A DNA stretch of 64,000 nucleotides from Callorhinchus milii (Eukaryota). The notes below the pieces were generated by a model, which made no database searches, had not been told where the DNA came from, and was given only the letters and a program-made list of their open reading frames with translations. The stretch spans positions 109,866,001-109,930,000 of the forward strand of contig NW_024704742.1 in NCBI RefSeq assembly GCF_018977255.1, given 5' to 3'. Shown in pieces: positions 1 through 12,313 of the stretch (within the stretch, counting starts at the first letter, position 1; each line of letters opens with the position of its first letter). The translations under genes and the position numbers were made by a program.

Positions 1-169
1 AAACTGCTGATTTATTGACTGTTGAAGTGGTTTAGATATGCTTTTCATGCTTTAAATTAAACACTTCCTCAAATATGCTGTACTGTCCATCCATCTACTC
101 ACCAGAAAGTATTGGAACTCTCTAAGTTGTATTTATATTAATTTATCTTTGTTTTTTCTTAACTTACAG

Positions 170-289
170 AATAATAGCACTCCAGAAGAGCACACACTGT
201 ATGTCTGGGATCACTTTATTTCCAAATCTTCTGTCAAGAATGTAGTATTTGTTGCCCACAGTTATGGTGGACTGGTATTTGTGGAGTTG
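170..289 (+). CDS. FAM172A: FAM172A/ARB2A internal coding exon (120 nt, phase 0/0)
   Basis: Pyrimidine tract and AG at 168-169, GTAAGT donor at 290. Translates [40 protein letters not shown], matching recalled vertebrate FAM172A including the AHSYGG hydrolase-like motif. Confidence 0.95.
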
Positions 290-2637
290 GTAAGTATTTC
301 TTTGTTTTCATTGTCTGTTACAACTCAAATTGTTCTATTTTCTTTACCACGTGGGTGCACATCAAACATATACCTCTCTATTCAGAGAATTCCAGAACTT
401 TACCACTCATCCAAGGAAGGAAAATCTTTTTTTTAATCAGGGCAAAATATCAGGTGACTGCACTGACTAATTAATATATTTTACTTTGTTAGTAGTATGA
501 AGCTTAATGGTAAAATTGGTCGATAGCAATTAAGTGAAAATGGTGTAAGTCTGTTTTTCTTGCTTTGAATCTGACTGGGATGAATATAAAGTCATCAAAT
601 ATCATATTGTAACGATATTTTATGAATCTGAAATTCAAATTTGGGTACATCATCTGAAAAAGCTTTGTTGTTTTTTGATTAGAATGAATATCTTTCTTTT
701 TGATTAATTACTGACAGTAATGCAAACTTAATTTATATTTTGGGATAGCAGCTGGGATTTCTATCATAGACGATGAAGCATTACTGTAAATGGTGACATC
801 AAGTTTTAAAAAGACAGCAGTTCTTTCTATCTCCATAAAAAATGGAGAAGATCTTTATCCTTTACATTCTTAAAATGCTCTTGCATTATTCCCTTAACGG
901 ACATAGATTTGAAAGTGATTTATTTTTGCTTTCATGCTTTTTGTTATTAAAATCTAGTCAGACACATTTTTAAACTAAACTGATTTAGTTCAGACCGAGT
1001 TTAACCCTTTGGTTAAATTAAATGTGCTATGAAAACTGTTTTAAATGTAGCTAATGTTGAGTTAATAAATGTGAATTTATATGAAGTAAAATAAATTAAA
1101 GCTTACTGTACAGTAATGCTGTTTTTGGGTTTGATAGAAATTAATATAAACAATAGAGAATTACATACTGGTCCATCACAACATTGTGTAGTGGATGTGC
1201 AGCTTACTAAGAAAAGAATATCAAGGAGAAAACGTGTTAGCTTGTTTTATTTATTCTTTGCGCACCAAAAGCTGGTAAAGTGGTGCATAACTAATATGGA
1301 TTTATTTGGATTTAATCCAAACACTTGGATTTATAATTGTTCTTGCTTCCCAAAAAAATTAGAAGAGGAATGTGCAATGTCTTGTGTTTGTAATAAGAAA
1401 TATTATTAATTTTTGAACAGAAAAGTAAGGTGTTTCAGCAGAAAAGTTGATATGTATGATTCAGATTTAGTGATGCATTTTGTGAATTTTTCATGGAGTG
1501 TAATTGTGTCACCAACTGCAGTTTTGAAATAGACTATGAGCTGATTGACCTTTAGACGGTGAAGTAGTGGTGCATTCTATGGATATGGTAAATGATGTTT
1601 GCCCTCAGACCAAACAATTACAAGTCTTCCCACCTAAAGACATAAATGAAGGGTCGTGGATGACCACTGTGACATTCCTTCTGTCTATGTCTCTCATCAC
1701 ACTGGTGGATATTTTTTCCTCCTTTGTTCTGTGTTACTATAATGCATCCAGATGTCTCAGGGTAAGACTTGACATCTGACCTTGGGGCTTTAGGGTGAAG
1801 GTGCCCCCTGAGCCTGTGAATTTATCCCAGGCTGGGCTAAAGTCTTCCACAAGGCATTTTGGTCTTGGTGCAGGAAGTAACCAGTAAGTAAGAAATTACA
1901 AGGGTGCTTTGTCAGGAAAAGAAGATAGTAGGAGGAGCAAGTTCTGAAGACTGCTTACACTGCAGGAGCTGAATGCATGAACGGCATGACATAATACATC
2001 CATGGGCACATCTAATATCTGTCACAAAGAAACCAGAACTTTTAAAAAAAAAACTGACATTGATGTATCATTATGACTTTGCAATAACGGGTGTGACAAT
2101 TAATCATTTTGGAACAGAGTATCTGTTTCCCTTCAGTATACATCGTGTGACTCCAAAGAGCTTTGGAATTGTTTAATATACTTTTTTTGTTGTGTATGTA
2201 TCACAGTTTATCTATAGGCTTCTATGTTTTCTGAAGCAAACATATTTGCTTTTTTGTATGCTGAGCATACAAATATTAATTTCTATTAATATTTTTAAGG
2301 TTTAAATTTAGATTTTGTTTAGAATGAACATTCTTTACAGTTTGGGATTTGTTTTGTAACTCCCATCAAAAAGGTACCATCTACTATATGTTATACAAAT
2401 TATCTTAATGGGAGGTTGTCTTTGTATCTATTTTATCTGTAGGTCCCTTCCCTATTTTGTAAAAATGCAGTTGCGAGATTTTATAGAATGGAACACACCA
2501 TTCTCATAGTTATATTAGGGAAAGCAGGGTTAAGGCTATTGTGCCATCAGTCTGAATAATTAATGGTGGATTTTCTTTCCAAGGCTACTTTTGAGGAAAA
2601 AGCATAAACCAGCACTGCTATACATTTTTTATGAGAA

Positions 2638-2790
2638 ACAACAACAACAACAAAATTCCATTTATAGAGCGCTTTTCACATCGGGAGGACGTCCCAAGGC
2701 GCTGGACAGTTGGGTCAGGACCCGAGCAGGGGGAAATGGTCAGGGTGAGGGGAGGGAAGGGAGGGAGCGAGGAGGGGGTAGAGAGTCGAG
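2638..2790 (-). mobile_element. L2 LINE 3' end fragment with (TTG)n tail
   Basis: Reverse complement of the 3'UTR and tail of the L2 at 10745-11339; near-identical to 20244-20410. Confidence 0.85.
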
Positions 2791-2875
2791 AAACATCCTT
2801 TTGCTAAACACAATAATTTGTGAGCTGCTTGTGTGCTTTATGTCTTGCAAAATGGCAAAATCCTTGCACAGCATA

Positions 2876-3138
2876 ATTATAATAATAATAATAATAATAA
2901 TCCTTGCATTTGATATAGCGCTTTTCACGTCGGGAGGACGTCCCAAAGCGCTTCACAGAACACACTGTAAAGTGAATTGACTGTATATTTGTGGGCGAAC
3001 GCGGCAGCCAATTGCGCACAGCAATGTCCCACAAACAGTCGTAGATTGAAAATGACCAATTTAATTATTGTTTTTGGTTTTTTGGAGGGATTATTATAAG
3101 GCGTGTGGAGTAAGGAAACTTGCCCAAGGTTTCGCCCT
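2876..3138 (-). mobile_element. tRNA-derived SINE with L2-like tail and (ATT)n, 5'-truncated, short subfamily
   Basis: Near-identical to 45607-45915. Confidence 0.85.
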
Positions 3139-4362
3139 GTTAGTCATGGTAGCACACTGTTCAGGGGTATAGTGTGTTGAACATCAAATCTGTGTTCAAG
3201 AAGATTATTAAAATTTTGATATTTTATTGATATTACAGCAGGAAATCTATGTACTGTAGTTTTAAAAACATCAAGTCTCCATATTAATTATGCAAAGTTA
3301 CACTGCAATAAAGATAGATTTTGTAATAAAGAAAAATAGAAACACTATACTGTAGTTCTTCATATTGCTCCCAATGTGTTTGAAAAGAGAAGGGTATTTC
3401 TCCTGATCTCTTGGCCAACAGTCCATTACATTTTTAAAAAATGATCATTGACTTCATGTGTGTTTGTGGGACATTACTGTAGCGTTTGCCTACAAATACA
3501 CAGTTACCAAACTTTACAGAAACCTCTGTGAAGTGCTTCGAGAAGTTTTGATGTCAGAAAGCACAAATTCAGATGTAAGAGTTAAAAAGAGTTTCTGTTT
3601 TTGTTACCCATATACATAGAAAATTATGGAATAGTTATAGTATGCATTCCAACCAGCCCAGGTCTGTTGTTGAATAGTTGCTTGAAGTTGATTAAGCTAT
3701 CATACAGACTTGTCAACATCACAACTCCTTAGCATTTGGCTTTGCTTTGCTACTTCAGTTGAAAACGAAAGTCTGGGATGTGTTGAAGAAATCATTCCTG
3801 AATCTGTGATGCCTTTCTCCCTAAGAATAAAGAGAAGATAGAATTATGGCCCGATTCACGTAGTTATTTTGAAATAAAATGATGATGCAACAGATGTCAT
3901 ATTTTTGATACCAGCCAGGGAAATTATTTAGATCTTGAATCCATGCATGATAACAAATGTAATAATTCCTGTAATAAATAAGTTAGATTATAAATCAGTG
4001 AGTTTTATTCCGTGATTTAATCAGACTGCAGTAATTCAAATGAATTCTAGGTACCTAAACATTTGAGATGACATTAAGGAAAATGAGTGTTACGTTTTCT
4101 AAAAGTGTAATATATTTTGATATATCCCAACTGCACACCATATATGCAAACTGCACACCATAAAAAAAACTCCCAGAATGTAATAGTAATATAGTAAAGC
4201 AAATAAAAAAATCTTGAACTAAATAAAATGTTGATATTTCTTGCTGCCTCTTGTGCCTAATGCTTAGTCAAATAAATGGCTAAGCATAGCAAAACAATGG
4301 CAAAAAAAAGAGGCAACAGACACAATGTGTGTCAGAGAGTTACTCACTAGTTTAGCTCAGTT

Positions 4363-4453
4363 GGGTGTCAATTTGGCTCATTTGGTAGCAGTCTTGCAAC
4401 AACAACAACAAAATCACATTTGTATTGCGCCTTTAACATCAGGAGGACGTCCC
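4363..4453. mobile_element. DeuSINE head fragment (+) followed by an L2-tail-only insertion (-)
   Basis: GTGTCAATTTGGCTCATTTGGTAGC resembles the head of the other DeuSINE copies; then (CAA)n...GCGCCTTTAACATCAGGAGGACGTCCC. Confidence 0.6.
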
Positions 4454-6172
4454 ATCAAATGCAAAGAATTTTTTTTATCAATCCAGGAAAGATGTTCCTA
4501 CTTAAATATTGCACTTTTTTCATAATATCCACTTGAGCTAATGGAGGAACTGCAACCAATTGCCAAAGCAGAAATCTTGCAAAACGTAATAACAAGTAGT
4601 ATATATTTATATTATAACTGGTATGGATTGGAGGGACGTCACACCATCTGAAATATGAAAACAGAACCTGAAGGTCTCTTTCTAAAATTAAGATGTTAGA
4701 CCCAGCTGAACTCCTCATAGATGCTTAGAAGTCCCTAAACTATTTTATTAGCGACAACTGAAATTATAATTAGCAGGACTAAAGTGGAAGTTTAGTGCCT
4801 TACCTCCTTGCGTTTTTAATTGATTTACAAAAATCTCTCCCTCTCTAATTAGTCAACAATTCCTGTTGGTCACAGTGGAGCACTGTCTCCTAATAGATGT
4901 GATTCCTTTGTTGCATTTTAGAATGTCAAGACCAATAGGAATTAATCTGTGTTGACTAAATTGAAATAGTATACTGTGTAAAAGACCTATGCCTGTGGTG
5001 GTCAGTTACAGGTCCATTTTGCAAATTAATCATTATCCTTCAAATTCCTTGGGTAAAACAACCCTGTGGAGAAATCTCAAAGGATATCTTTCCTTTCGCT
5101 TGATTTTGTCCATGCTCAGTGTAACTTTTCTCTTCCCATTTCCTGCACAGCAACTTTACATAATCTATTTCCCATTATAGGTATCAATTGGGCTGTGTTG
5201 CTGTAAGTAAAAGAAAGGTTTTCTTGGAACACAATTACATTAATTTTCTGACTGCGATCTTAAGATTTATTTCAATAAATGAATGATGATTGTAGCAACT
5301 CAGAAATGGTCAACACATTCCAACTTATACAAAGATGTGGAATGAAAAGTTGAGGTCAATTTTTCAAAAACTAAATCAGTGTTAAGACTGATGAATGATG
5401 TCTGGAACATTTTCGTATGAAGCAACCTATTGCTGGGTAAAGATTGTGCATAGTTTCCAAGGAAGCAGAAAAAGAGGACATTACAGAAGGTTTAAGAGGT
5501 ACACAAATCCGAGCACTACAAAAATGTCTTTACGTAAATGTTTATTGTCTTCACATGAGAACGATGAAAGGAATACTTTTCTATCTATGGCTTCTAATAG
5601 CAACTTAAGACAGTCTCGATAAGATATAGGACAGGGTACATGCAGAATAAGGTTCCTTCATCTTAATCTCCAAAGAGAACAAGCCAATACCAGAATTGGA
5701 TATTTTCTACTTCTTATACCAATCATAAGTATAGCTTCTATGAGTTATGTGGGCAAATGAATTCCCATTTTAAACTGAAACATGGAAAGCTTGACTTTGC
5801 AGACCTGTATCCACATGTAACAAGGACACTGTAATTTCACATAGGAACTTTACAACACCAGATAATGGAGGCAATTATCATCAGTTTGTGTTGTACTTGA
5901 ACTCAGATTCCAACGGTGAAATAGAGATATGTTATCCACTGCCTCGCACAATCTATCAAAGTCAGATTTTCTGATTATTGTTAAGACACTTGTCCATTGT
6001 CTATTTCCCTAGATGAAATTTGCCTGCCACAGAAGCCTCATAATGTAATTAAATCACAACCTGCTTTTAGATTCAACAACTGCATTCAATACATTCTACT
6101 TCCTATCATTTAGAAAGTTATGGTTAAGATGTTCTCTGATCAAGACCCACTTGAGGTGCACAAATTGATTGA

Positions 6173-6550
6173 AGTGTCAGTTTGGTTTGGTTGGTAACAA
6201 CAAAATTACATTTGTATAGCGCCTTTCACGTCGGGAGGACGCTTGAGTCAGAAGGTTGAAGGTTCAAGTCCGTTGACTGGACTTCGAGCTCATAGCCCAG
6301 GTGGCACACTGCTGCCATACTCAAGAAGCGCTGCATATTGGAGTTGCCATCCTTTGTTAAAGACATGAAATCAAGGTTCTATCCACCAGTTCAGATGGAT
6401 ATGAAAGATCCCATGACACTATTCGAAAAGACTTTCTCTTTCTCCAACAATGCTGCAAACAAATCAGTCATTCACTTTAATGGCTATTTGTAGGACCTTG
6501 CTGTATGCAAATTGGTTGCTAAGTGTGTAGGCGCAATATCAAGTGCAAGG
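6173..6550 (+). mobile_element. DeuSINE (SacSINE1/AmnSINE-like Deu domain), interrupted by an L2-tail insertion at about 6196-6241
   Basis: tRNA-like head GAGTCAGAAGGTTGAAGGTTCAAGTCC; Deu-core-like GATCCCATGACACTATTCGAA and TGCTGTATGCAAATTGG. Confidence 0.75.
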
Positions 6551-6699
6551 ATCATTTGGAATTTGGTTTATTATTGTTAATTCAGGTTGTTGAGACATAA
6601 AGGGGCTAACCAGGAGAGTCATAAGGGTGATTATGAACCATGGAGTTGCTTTTATAGGAATAATGTAATGATTCCTGTGATGTGCTGCCTTATCACGTT

Positions 6700-8068
6700 G
6701 TTGAAACATGCTAAGCGCTTCACAGGACTAAATGTAGAGAGTGATTTTATAGGCAAACACAGCAGCCACTTGCACACAGCAATGTCCCACAAACAACCAA
6801 GAAGTGAATGACCAATTTGTTTAGTCAAGCAAATGAGGAAACCTTTGCTTAAGAGTATCATACTTAAGATTATACAAAACCAAACTGAGTTCCATGCATC
6901 CCACCTATACATGGAAATTCCTCTCCCTGAAGGAACACATCTCGCTTACCCAATTACAGAGAGTATTAAGCGCAGATTTCCTCTGCTTCCAGGGTGCTTA
7001 GCTATAGGTTAGTGTAGACCGGAACCCTCCCTCCCTATGTTTGCACAAACTCACCTCACTGCTTGATCCTGGACTTTTCAAATGGGTCAGAGGAAGCCTC
7101 TCCGCTGCATCCCCAGGAGCTCAAATCCATAAAGGAGGACTGTTTACACACATGTCTTGTATGCCACAAGCTTGACCTGCATTGGGACCTTGCTGTTCTT
7201 GAAGAGAGAAGAGCACGACCAGAATCATGATTCCGCACTTGGGGGCGCTCATCATCATGTCTCACCAGGGTGGCCGAGTGTTCAAGGTAGCAGGTGCTGC
7301 ACAAAAAGTCCCCAGGTAAGTCTGCTAGCAATACAATATTGTCTGCAAACAGAAGCTTGTCAGAAAAGCCTGGAACAGATACACCAAGTCCGTCCCCCTT
7401 AATGTCACCTAAGATGTGATTGATGAATACCTCGAACAGGCCAGCCTTGCCTTTCCTCCCTTTCAAGAGGGATGGGTTTGGTGAGTCCACCGTTGACCCT
7501 TACACAGATCTTGAGGCTGCAATACATATTCCGGATAAAATTCAAGATTTGGCCTTGTATTTTCATGGCTTCCAGTTTCATCATGAGAGGTTCAGGAGGC
7601 ACTAAGTCGAAAGCCTTGTAGAAGTCGTGAACGCAACATAGATACATTTTCCTTTAGACTTACGACATTTTGTGAAGTCATCTAAAGCTAAAACCTATCT
7701 GTCACAATACTCATGAAAATGGAAGCCAGCCTGTTTCTTGCTGATCAAACCACGAGCTTCCAATGCGTGCAATACAAGTGCAGTGACTACCCGAAGCATG
7801 ACTTTAACAGCCACTGAAATCAATCCAATTCTTCTGTAGCTTTCGGTCTCACTACGGTCACCATTCACCCTTGTAGATAGTAACCAGAATTGCACTCTGG
7901 AAAACTGATGGAATGCGGGAATAGTTGGCCAGAACAGACACCAGGAGAAACTCTTTTCGAACAGTACTTATGGGTACTTTAAAGTCTACCTGAACAAGCG
8001 ATGATCTAATGACAGCACATCCAACAACGCAGCACTCCCCAACACTACCCTGGAGTGTCAGCCTGAAC
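6700..8068 (-). mobile_element. DeuSINE split into two parts (about 6700-6820 and 7922-8068) by the RT element
   Basis: The 3' half (GCAGCCACTTGCACACAGCAATGTCCCACAAAC) and 5' half (TTGGCCAGAACAGACACCAGGAGAAACTC...GGAGTGTCAGCCTG) are collinear with the copy at 11985-12313. Confidence 0.7.
6820..7920 (-). mobile_element. Degraded non-LTR retrotransposon reverse transcriptase, not CR1/L2 (RTE/RTEX-like, clade uncertain), with its 3'UTR
   Basis: Frameshifted RT motifs SYRRIGLISVAVKV, KQAGF, DFYKAFDLVP, ER-RQG, LFEVFIN and LLFADNIVLLAD across ORFs 7695-7895, 7405-7647 and 7056-7490. The 3' 150 nt match the end of family X. Confidence 0.85.
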
Positions 8069-9383
8069 TGTTGTAATATCACTGAATCCAAATCAAGGGT
8101 GTGTTAGTAAGCCGCTTTATTCTAAAAAATCCACCATTATAAACCACACATCCTGTCTCACTCATAGTGTACTGTGCTTCATACCCTTCTTATTATTAGT
8201 CCTTTTGTTAATTGTTAATTTACTCTTAAAGGAGTATCCAACAATTGTGAGCTTGATGTCCTTGATATCAGGATGACAATACAGAGACCGCAAGCAAAAC
8301 ATTTTCCAAACCAATTCAACCCTTTTGAATAGTAGTCAGCAGAATACCGAGGCAAGACCTGGATACAATCGATTGTTCAGTCCATTAAGCTTGGCAACCG
8401 TTTTATTGTGCTACTTGGCATTGGCTAAGGTTAAAAAGGTATCAAATAGAAGCTCCACCACAGTACTTTTTTAATGTGTCAGACTCTTCTGGAGAAGTTC
8501 AGAGTGCAGTTAAAATGTAATCAGATAAGATAAAAGGTATACTGCAGAAATCAGTCAACAGTATCGAGTGTTGTAAGGTTATGAACAAAATACCAAGACA
8601 CAATAACAGTAACATTTGAAAAATATTATGAAATCAGCATATGTTAAAGCAAACAGTGATTCTGTCAGTTTACTATCCTTTTGACTGATTACTACAGTCA
8701 GACTCTGCCAACGTTGCCATGGGAGTTAATTTGAAACCAGACCAATACTAACATGGTTTATTTTTACTTGGCTCTGTACTGTACAAAGCCATTTTCTTTT
8801 CTTTTCAGACAGTTGCTTTATTTGTGATATATGCTTTTTGCCCACTGGAACCACCTATTGTGCAGAATGAACCAAATCACAAAGGATTCATCATTGCATA
8901 TTTACTGACTGTGACTGATACAGCTGTAAGATCTTATCCAATCCCATTGATCTATTGCGCATGTTCACTCCCTTGGTTACCAAAATGTGCATCTGTTTGC
9001 ATAAAGCCCTGGGCAAGGTTCTTTTTCACATTGATTGGCCCGTCCACAGGAGGCTGATGGGTTCTTGCATTGATCAATGCATTTTACCAGACAGTCATGT
9101 TAAATTTTGATTAGTTAAAACTGAAAGAATAATTTGTGATATGTTTTCATACTTTGCTGTGAATTTATTTATAATCTACTGAGCAGTCAAGTCAAGGCTG
9201 GTTATGATCACAAGAAAATGGAAGAAAAGCTAATAGAGGATCTTTGATCATGTGCCATTCTTCATGAATTTTGGCCTCAAACAATGTTTAGTAATTTGTC
9301 GTTTCTTAATTTTGAACTGTTATTTAAATAACTAGAATAAGAGTCCATAGAAGTTAGAAAATCCAATCTATAGTTTGCTTTAT

Positions 9384-9495
9384 TATATAATAATCCTTGG
9401 ATTTGATATAGCGCTTTATCGTGTCTATGAGACATCTCAAAGCGCCTCACAGAATATACTGTAAAATGAATTGACTGTATATTTTGTGGGTGAAA
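9384..9495 (-). mobile_element. SINE 3' tail fragment
   Basis: AATAATCCTTGGATTTGATATAGCGCTT...AATTGACTGTATATTTTGTGGG as in the full copies. Confidence 0.75.
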
Positions 9496-9696
9496 TATTT
9501 TGTTATTTAGCTTCTGAATTTTTTTTAATTTAGTTATTTAGCATTGGTTTACATACAAATCTAACACTGCATTTCCAGATCAAGAAAAGCTTTCCAAACA
9601 GATACATGTAGCCTTAAATAAAAGTGTTTTATAAATCATTGTAAACCCGATAACTCTTCCATACAAATTATTGTAAAACCGGTAATTCTCATTTGT

Positions 9697-9985
9697 TGTA
9701 AGTGGGATCTTTTTGGAACATAAGGTGATGTGCTTGGAATCAAGGCGATCCTTATGTGTGGCAGTTTTAGTAGGTTGGTTTCTGAGCCAGGCAGGTCCAC
9801 AGTACTCCAAGGCACTGATGATGACAGACTAGTCAGCAGCCTGGCTCGTCAGCAGGATTTGAAGGTTGGCCATAGTTGGACAAACAGCGGGAAGTTTGCC
9901 AGTCAGTGCTCGCTGTTTTAGATAGTTAAACTCCAGCAGTCCACCAACACACACACTCCGGTCCTTTAGCCTTGCCAACCTGGGT
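9697..9985 (+). repeat. Family X copy, internally deleted
   Basis: Shares TTCTGAGCCAGGCAGGTCCACAGTACTCCAAGGCA, AAGTTTGCCAGTCAG, GTTAAACTCCAGCAG and CTTGCCAACCTG with 19320-19770. Confidence 0.8.
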
Positions 9986-10606
9986 TTAATAGTATAACAC
10001 ACAAACTTATCCTCACATAAAAAGAAAATGTTTTTCCCCCAGGTTAGACTTTTTTGTAGTTTTTAATGTTTCAGTTACAGTAGAGATCTAATTATCCTCA
10101 CTAATTGAAACCAGTCCATTGCAGATAAGCAAATAGTCTGAATAATTGGACATAATATAAAATACCAATCGGCTACAGTGCTAACTAAAAAATTGTTCCA
10201 TTAGGAGTTGTACTATCATTATACGATACTTTGGAAATATTAGTGGCATCCAATCAAAAACATTATTCCCCCCTTTGGATCCAGCCTTAGGTAATTTTGC
10301 TCACTTCTATTTACAAATATTGCTGCTAATTCATGCCAGTACCTGCTTTGAAACTAAGAGTGCTGTACGTGTATTTGTAGCAGGATAGAGCCGTTCACAT
10401 GCTGGACAATCATAGTTGCTGTCTCCAATGTCTTATCATAATCAGTGCATTGAAAATTAAAGGTTTAGGTTTACAGAGTTTTCCAAAGGCCACTAACACC
10501 AGCAAATGAATAGAAATAAAAACTATACTTGAGAGCTGTGTAAAGAGTATTGAAGTGATTCTACAATATCTGACATAACTAAAAGGCCTAAGCTAAATAC
10601 AATCTA

Positions 10607-10695
10607 TAATAATAGCAGTAATCCTTGCATTTGTTCTAGCGATTTTCATGTCTTCTAGACTTCTCAAAGCGCTTCACAGTATATACCGTAAAGTA
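10607..10695 (-). mobile_element. SINE 3' tail fragment
   Basis: ATCCTTGCATTTG...CAAAGCGCTTCACAG tail motif. Confidence 0.7.
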
Positions 10696-10744
10696 AATCT
10701 AGATTTAAGGGACATATAGAGAGTTGACCTTTTATCCTTTTACG

Positions 10745-11339
10745 TCATTCAGAACTCTGCAGCTCGTGTACTGTCCCGCACCAGGCTTCGGGACCACATC
10801 ACTCCTACCCTCGCTCGCCTCCACTGGCTCCCCATCCACCAGAGGATTGATTTCAAGATCCTCATCCTCACCTATAAGGCCATTCACGGCCTTGCTCCCT
10901 CCTACCTCTCCAACCTACTATCCCCCTACCTACCTGCCCGTACCCTCCGTTCCTCTGGCTCCGGTCTGCTCCACGTCCCCCGCCCCAACCGCCCTACTAT
11001 CGGTGGTCGGGCCTTCAGCCTCTCAGCCCCGAGGCTCTGGAACTCCATCCCCCAGTGCCTTCGCCTTGCTTCCTCCCTTTCCTCCTTCAAGGCCGGTCTC
11101 AAAACCTTTCTCTTTGACCGTGCCTTCAGCTCCCCTCTCGACTCTCTTCCTCCTCCTCGCTCCCTCCCTTCCCTCCCCTCACCCTGACCATTTCCCCCTC
11201 CTCTCTCCCTCCCTTCCCTCCCCTCACCCTGACCATTTCCCCCCTGCTCGGGTCATGACCCAACTGTGCAGCGCCTTGGGACATCCTCCTGACGTGAAAG
11301 GCGCTCTATAAATGGAATCTTGTTGTTGTTGTTGTTGTT
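10745..11339 (+). mobile_element. L2 LINE 3' fragment (ORF2 C-terminus, 3'UTR, (TTG)n)
   Basis: Encodes LHWLP..RIDFKIL and LWNSIP motifs; 3' stem-loop and TTG tail. Confidence 0.9.
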
Positions 11340-11384
11340 TTAGAGGGCTCAAACAGGAAATAAAGCATATTTTCGATGGCAAAG

Positions 11385-11757
11385 GGTAGATTAGCTTAGT
11401 GGTTAAAGCACTCGCCTCACAGGCAAGAGGACCCGGGTTTGATTCCAGTGCAGGGTGAAATGTTGGACATGCTTCCTTACTCCACACGCCTCTGTTCACC
11501 TAGCAGTAAGTAAGAACTCGGTTGTTAGATGATTGGTTGATCGCTTTTCTGAAGGTAATAATCCCTTCAAAAATAAAGTTAAAAAATAATAACTGTTTGG
11601 TTACCCAATCCCTGACTGTTTGCAGGATACTGCTGTGCGCAAGTGGTTGCTGCGTTTTGCCCACAAAATATACAGTCAATTCACTTTATGGTATATTCTA
11701 TGAAGCACTTTGAGACGTCCATATCAGGTGCAAAGATTATTATTATCATTATTATTA
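11385..11757 (+). mobile_element. Full-length tRNA-derived SINE, long subfamily
   Basis: A box TAGCTTAGTGG, B-box-like GGTTTGATTCC, Deu-like 3' part, ATT tail. Confidence 0.85.
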
Positions 11758-11984
11758 TATAGAAAGACAAAGCAGTGCCACCCTTCCAGTGATTTTTTTG
11801 CTTCTACGCTCACAATTCTTAGGGGGGCATGCAGCTGGAGGGAGAAGATGGGCCATCATTTCATCAGATGTAGATCACAGAAACTATAAGGTATAGCTAA
11901 ACTCACAGATTTCAAAGAGACTTCCAAAAGGTCTATTTTCTTCGGAAAGTTCAACGATTCTCGGTTACAACATATTTTGTGCAA

Positions 11985-12313
11985 AGTGGCACATTTTGTG
12001 GGTAATATGTGGCAGCTAATCGTGCACAGCAATGTCCCTCAAATAGTCATGGAGTAAGTGACCAAATTTTATTTAGGGGATTTTTTGGCCACGAGACCAG
12101 GAGAAACTCCCATCTCTTTTTGAACAGTGCCAGTATCTTTAAAATCCATGTGACAGGCAGACGGGACCTTGGTTTAATATCTCATCCGATGGACGGCACC
12201 TCCGACAATACAACACACTCACAGCACTACTTTGGAGTGCCAGCGTTTACTATGTGATTCCAAGTCCTTTCTGACTTAGAGGCAAGATTGCTACCACTGA
12301 GCCAGGCTAACAC
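11985..12313 (-). mobile_element. DeuSINE
   Basis: TCTCATCCGATGGACGGCACC core; head GCTACCACTGAGCCAGGCTAACAC. Confidence 0.8.

Noticed and set aside
149..436. 95-aa ORF as a complete gene
   Set aside because: Only 170-289 is exon; the rest is intron read-through beyond canonical splice sites.
2591..2980. PolyQ/polyI ORFs (also at 4325, 11224, 41613, 58147)
   Set aside because: Translations of (CAA)n and (AAT)n retroposon tails.
4129..4162. Short tandem duplication AACTGCACACCATA (another at about 63811-63836)
   Set aside because: Ordinary slippage duplication with two units; not CRISPR-like.
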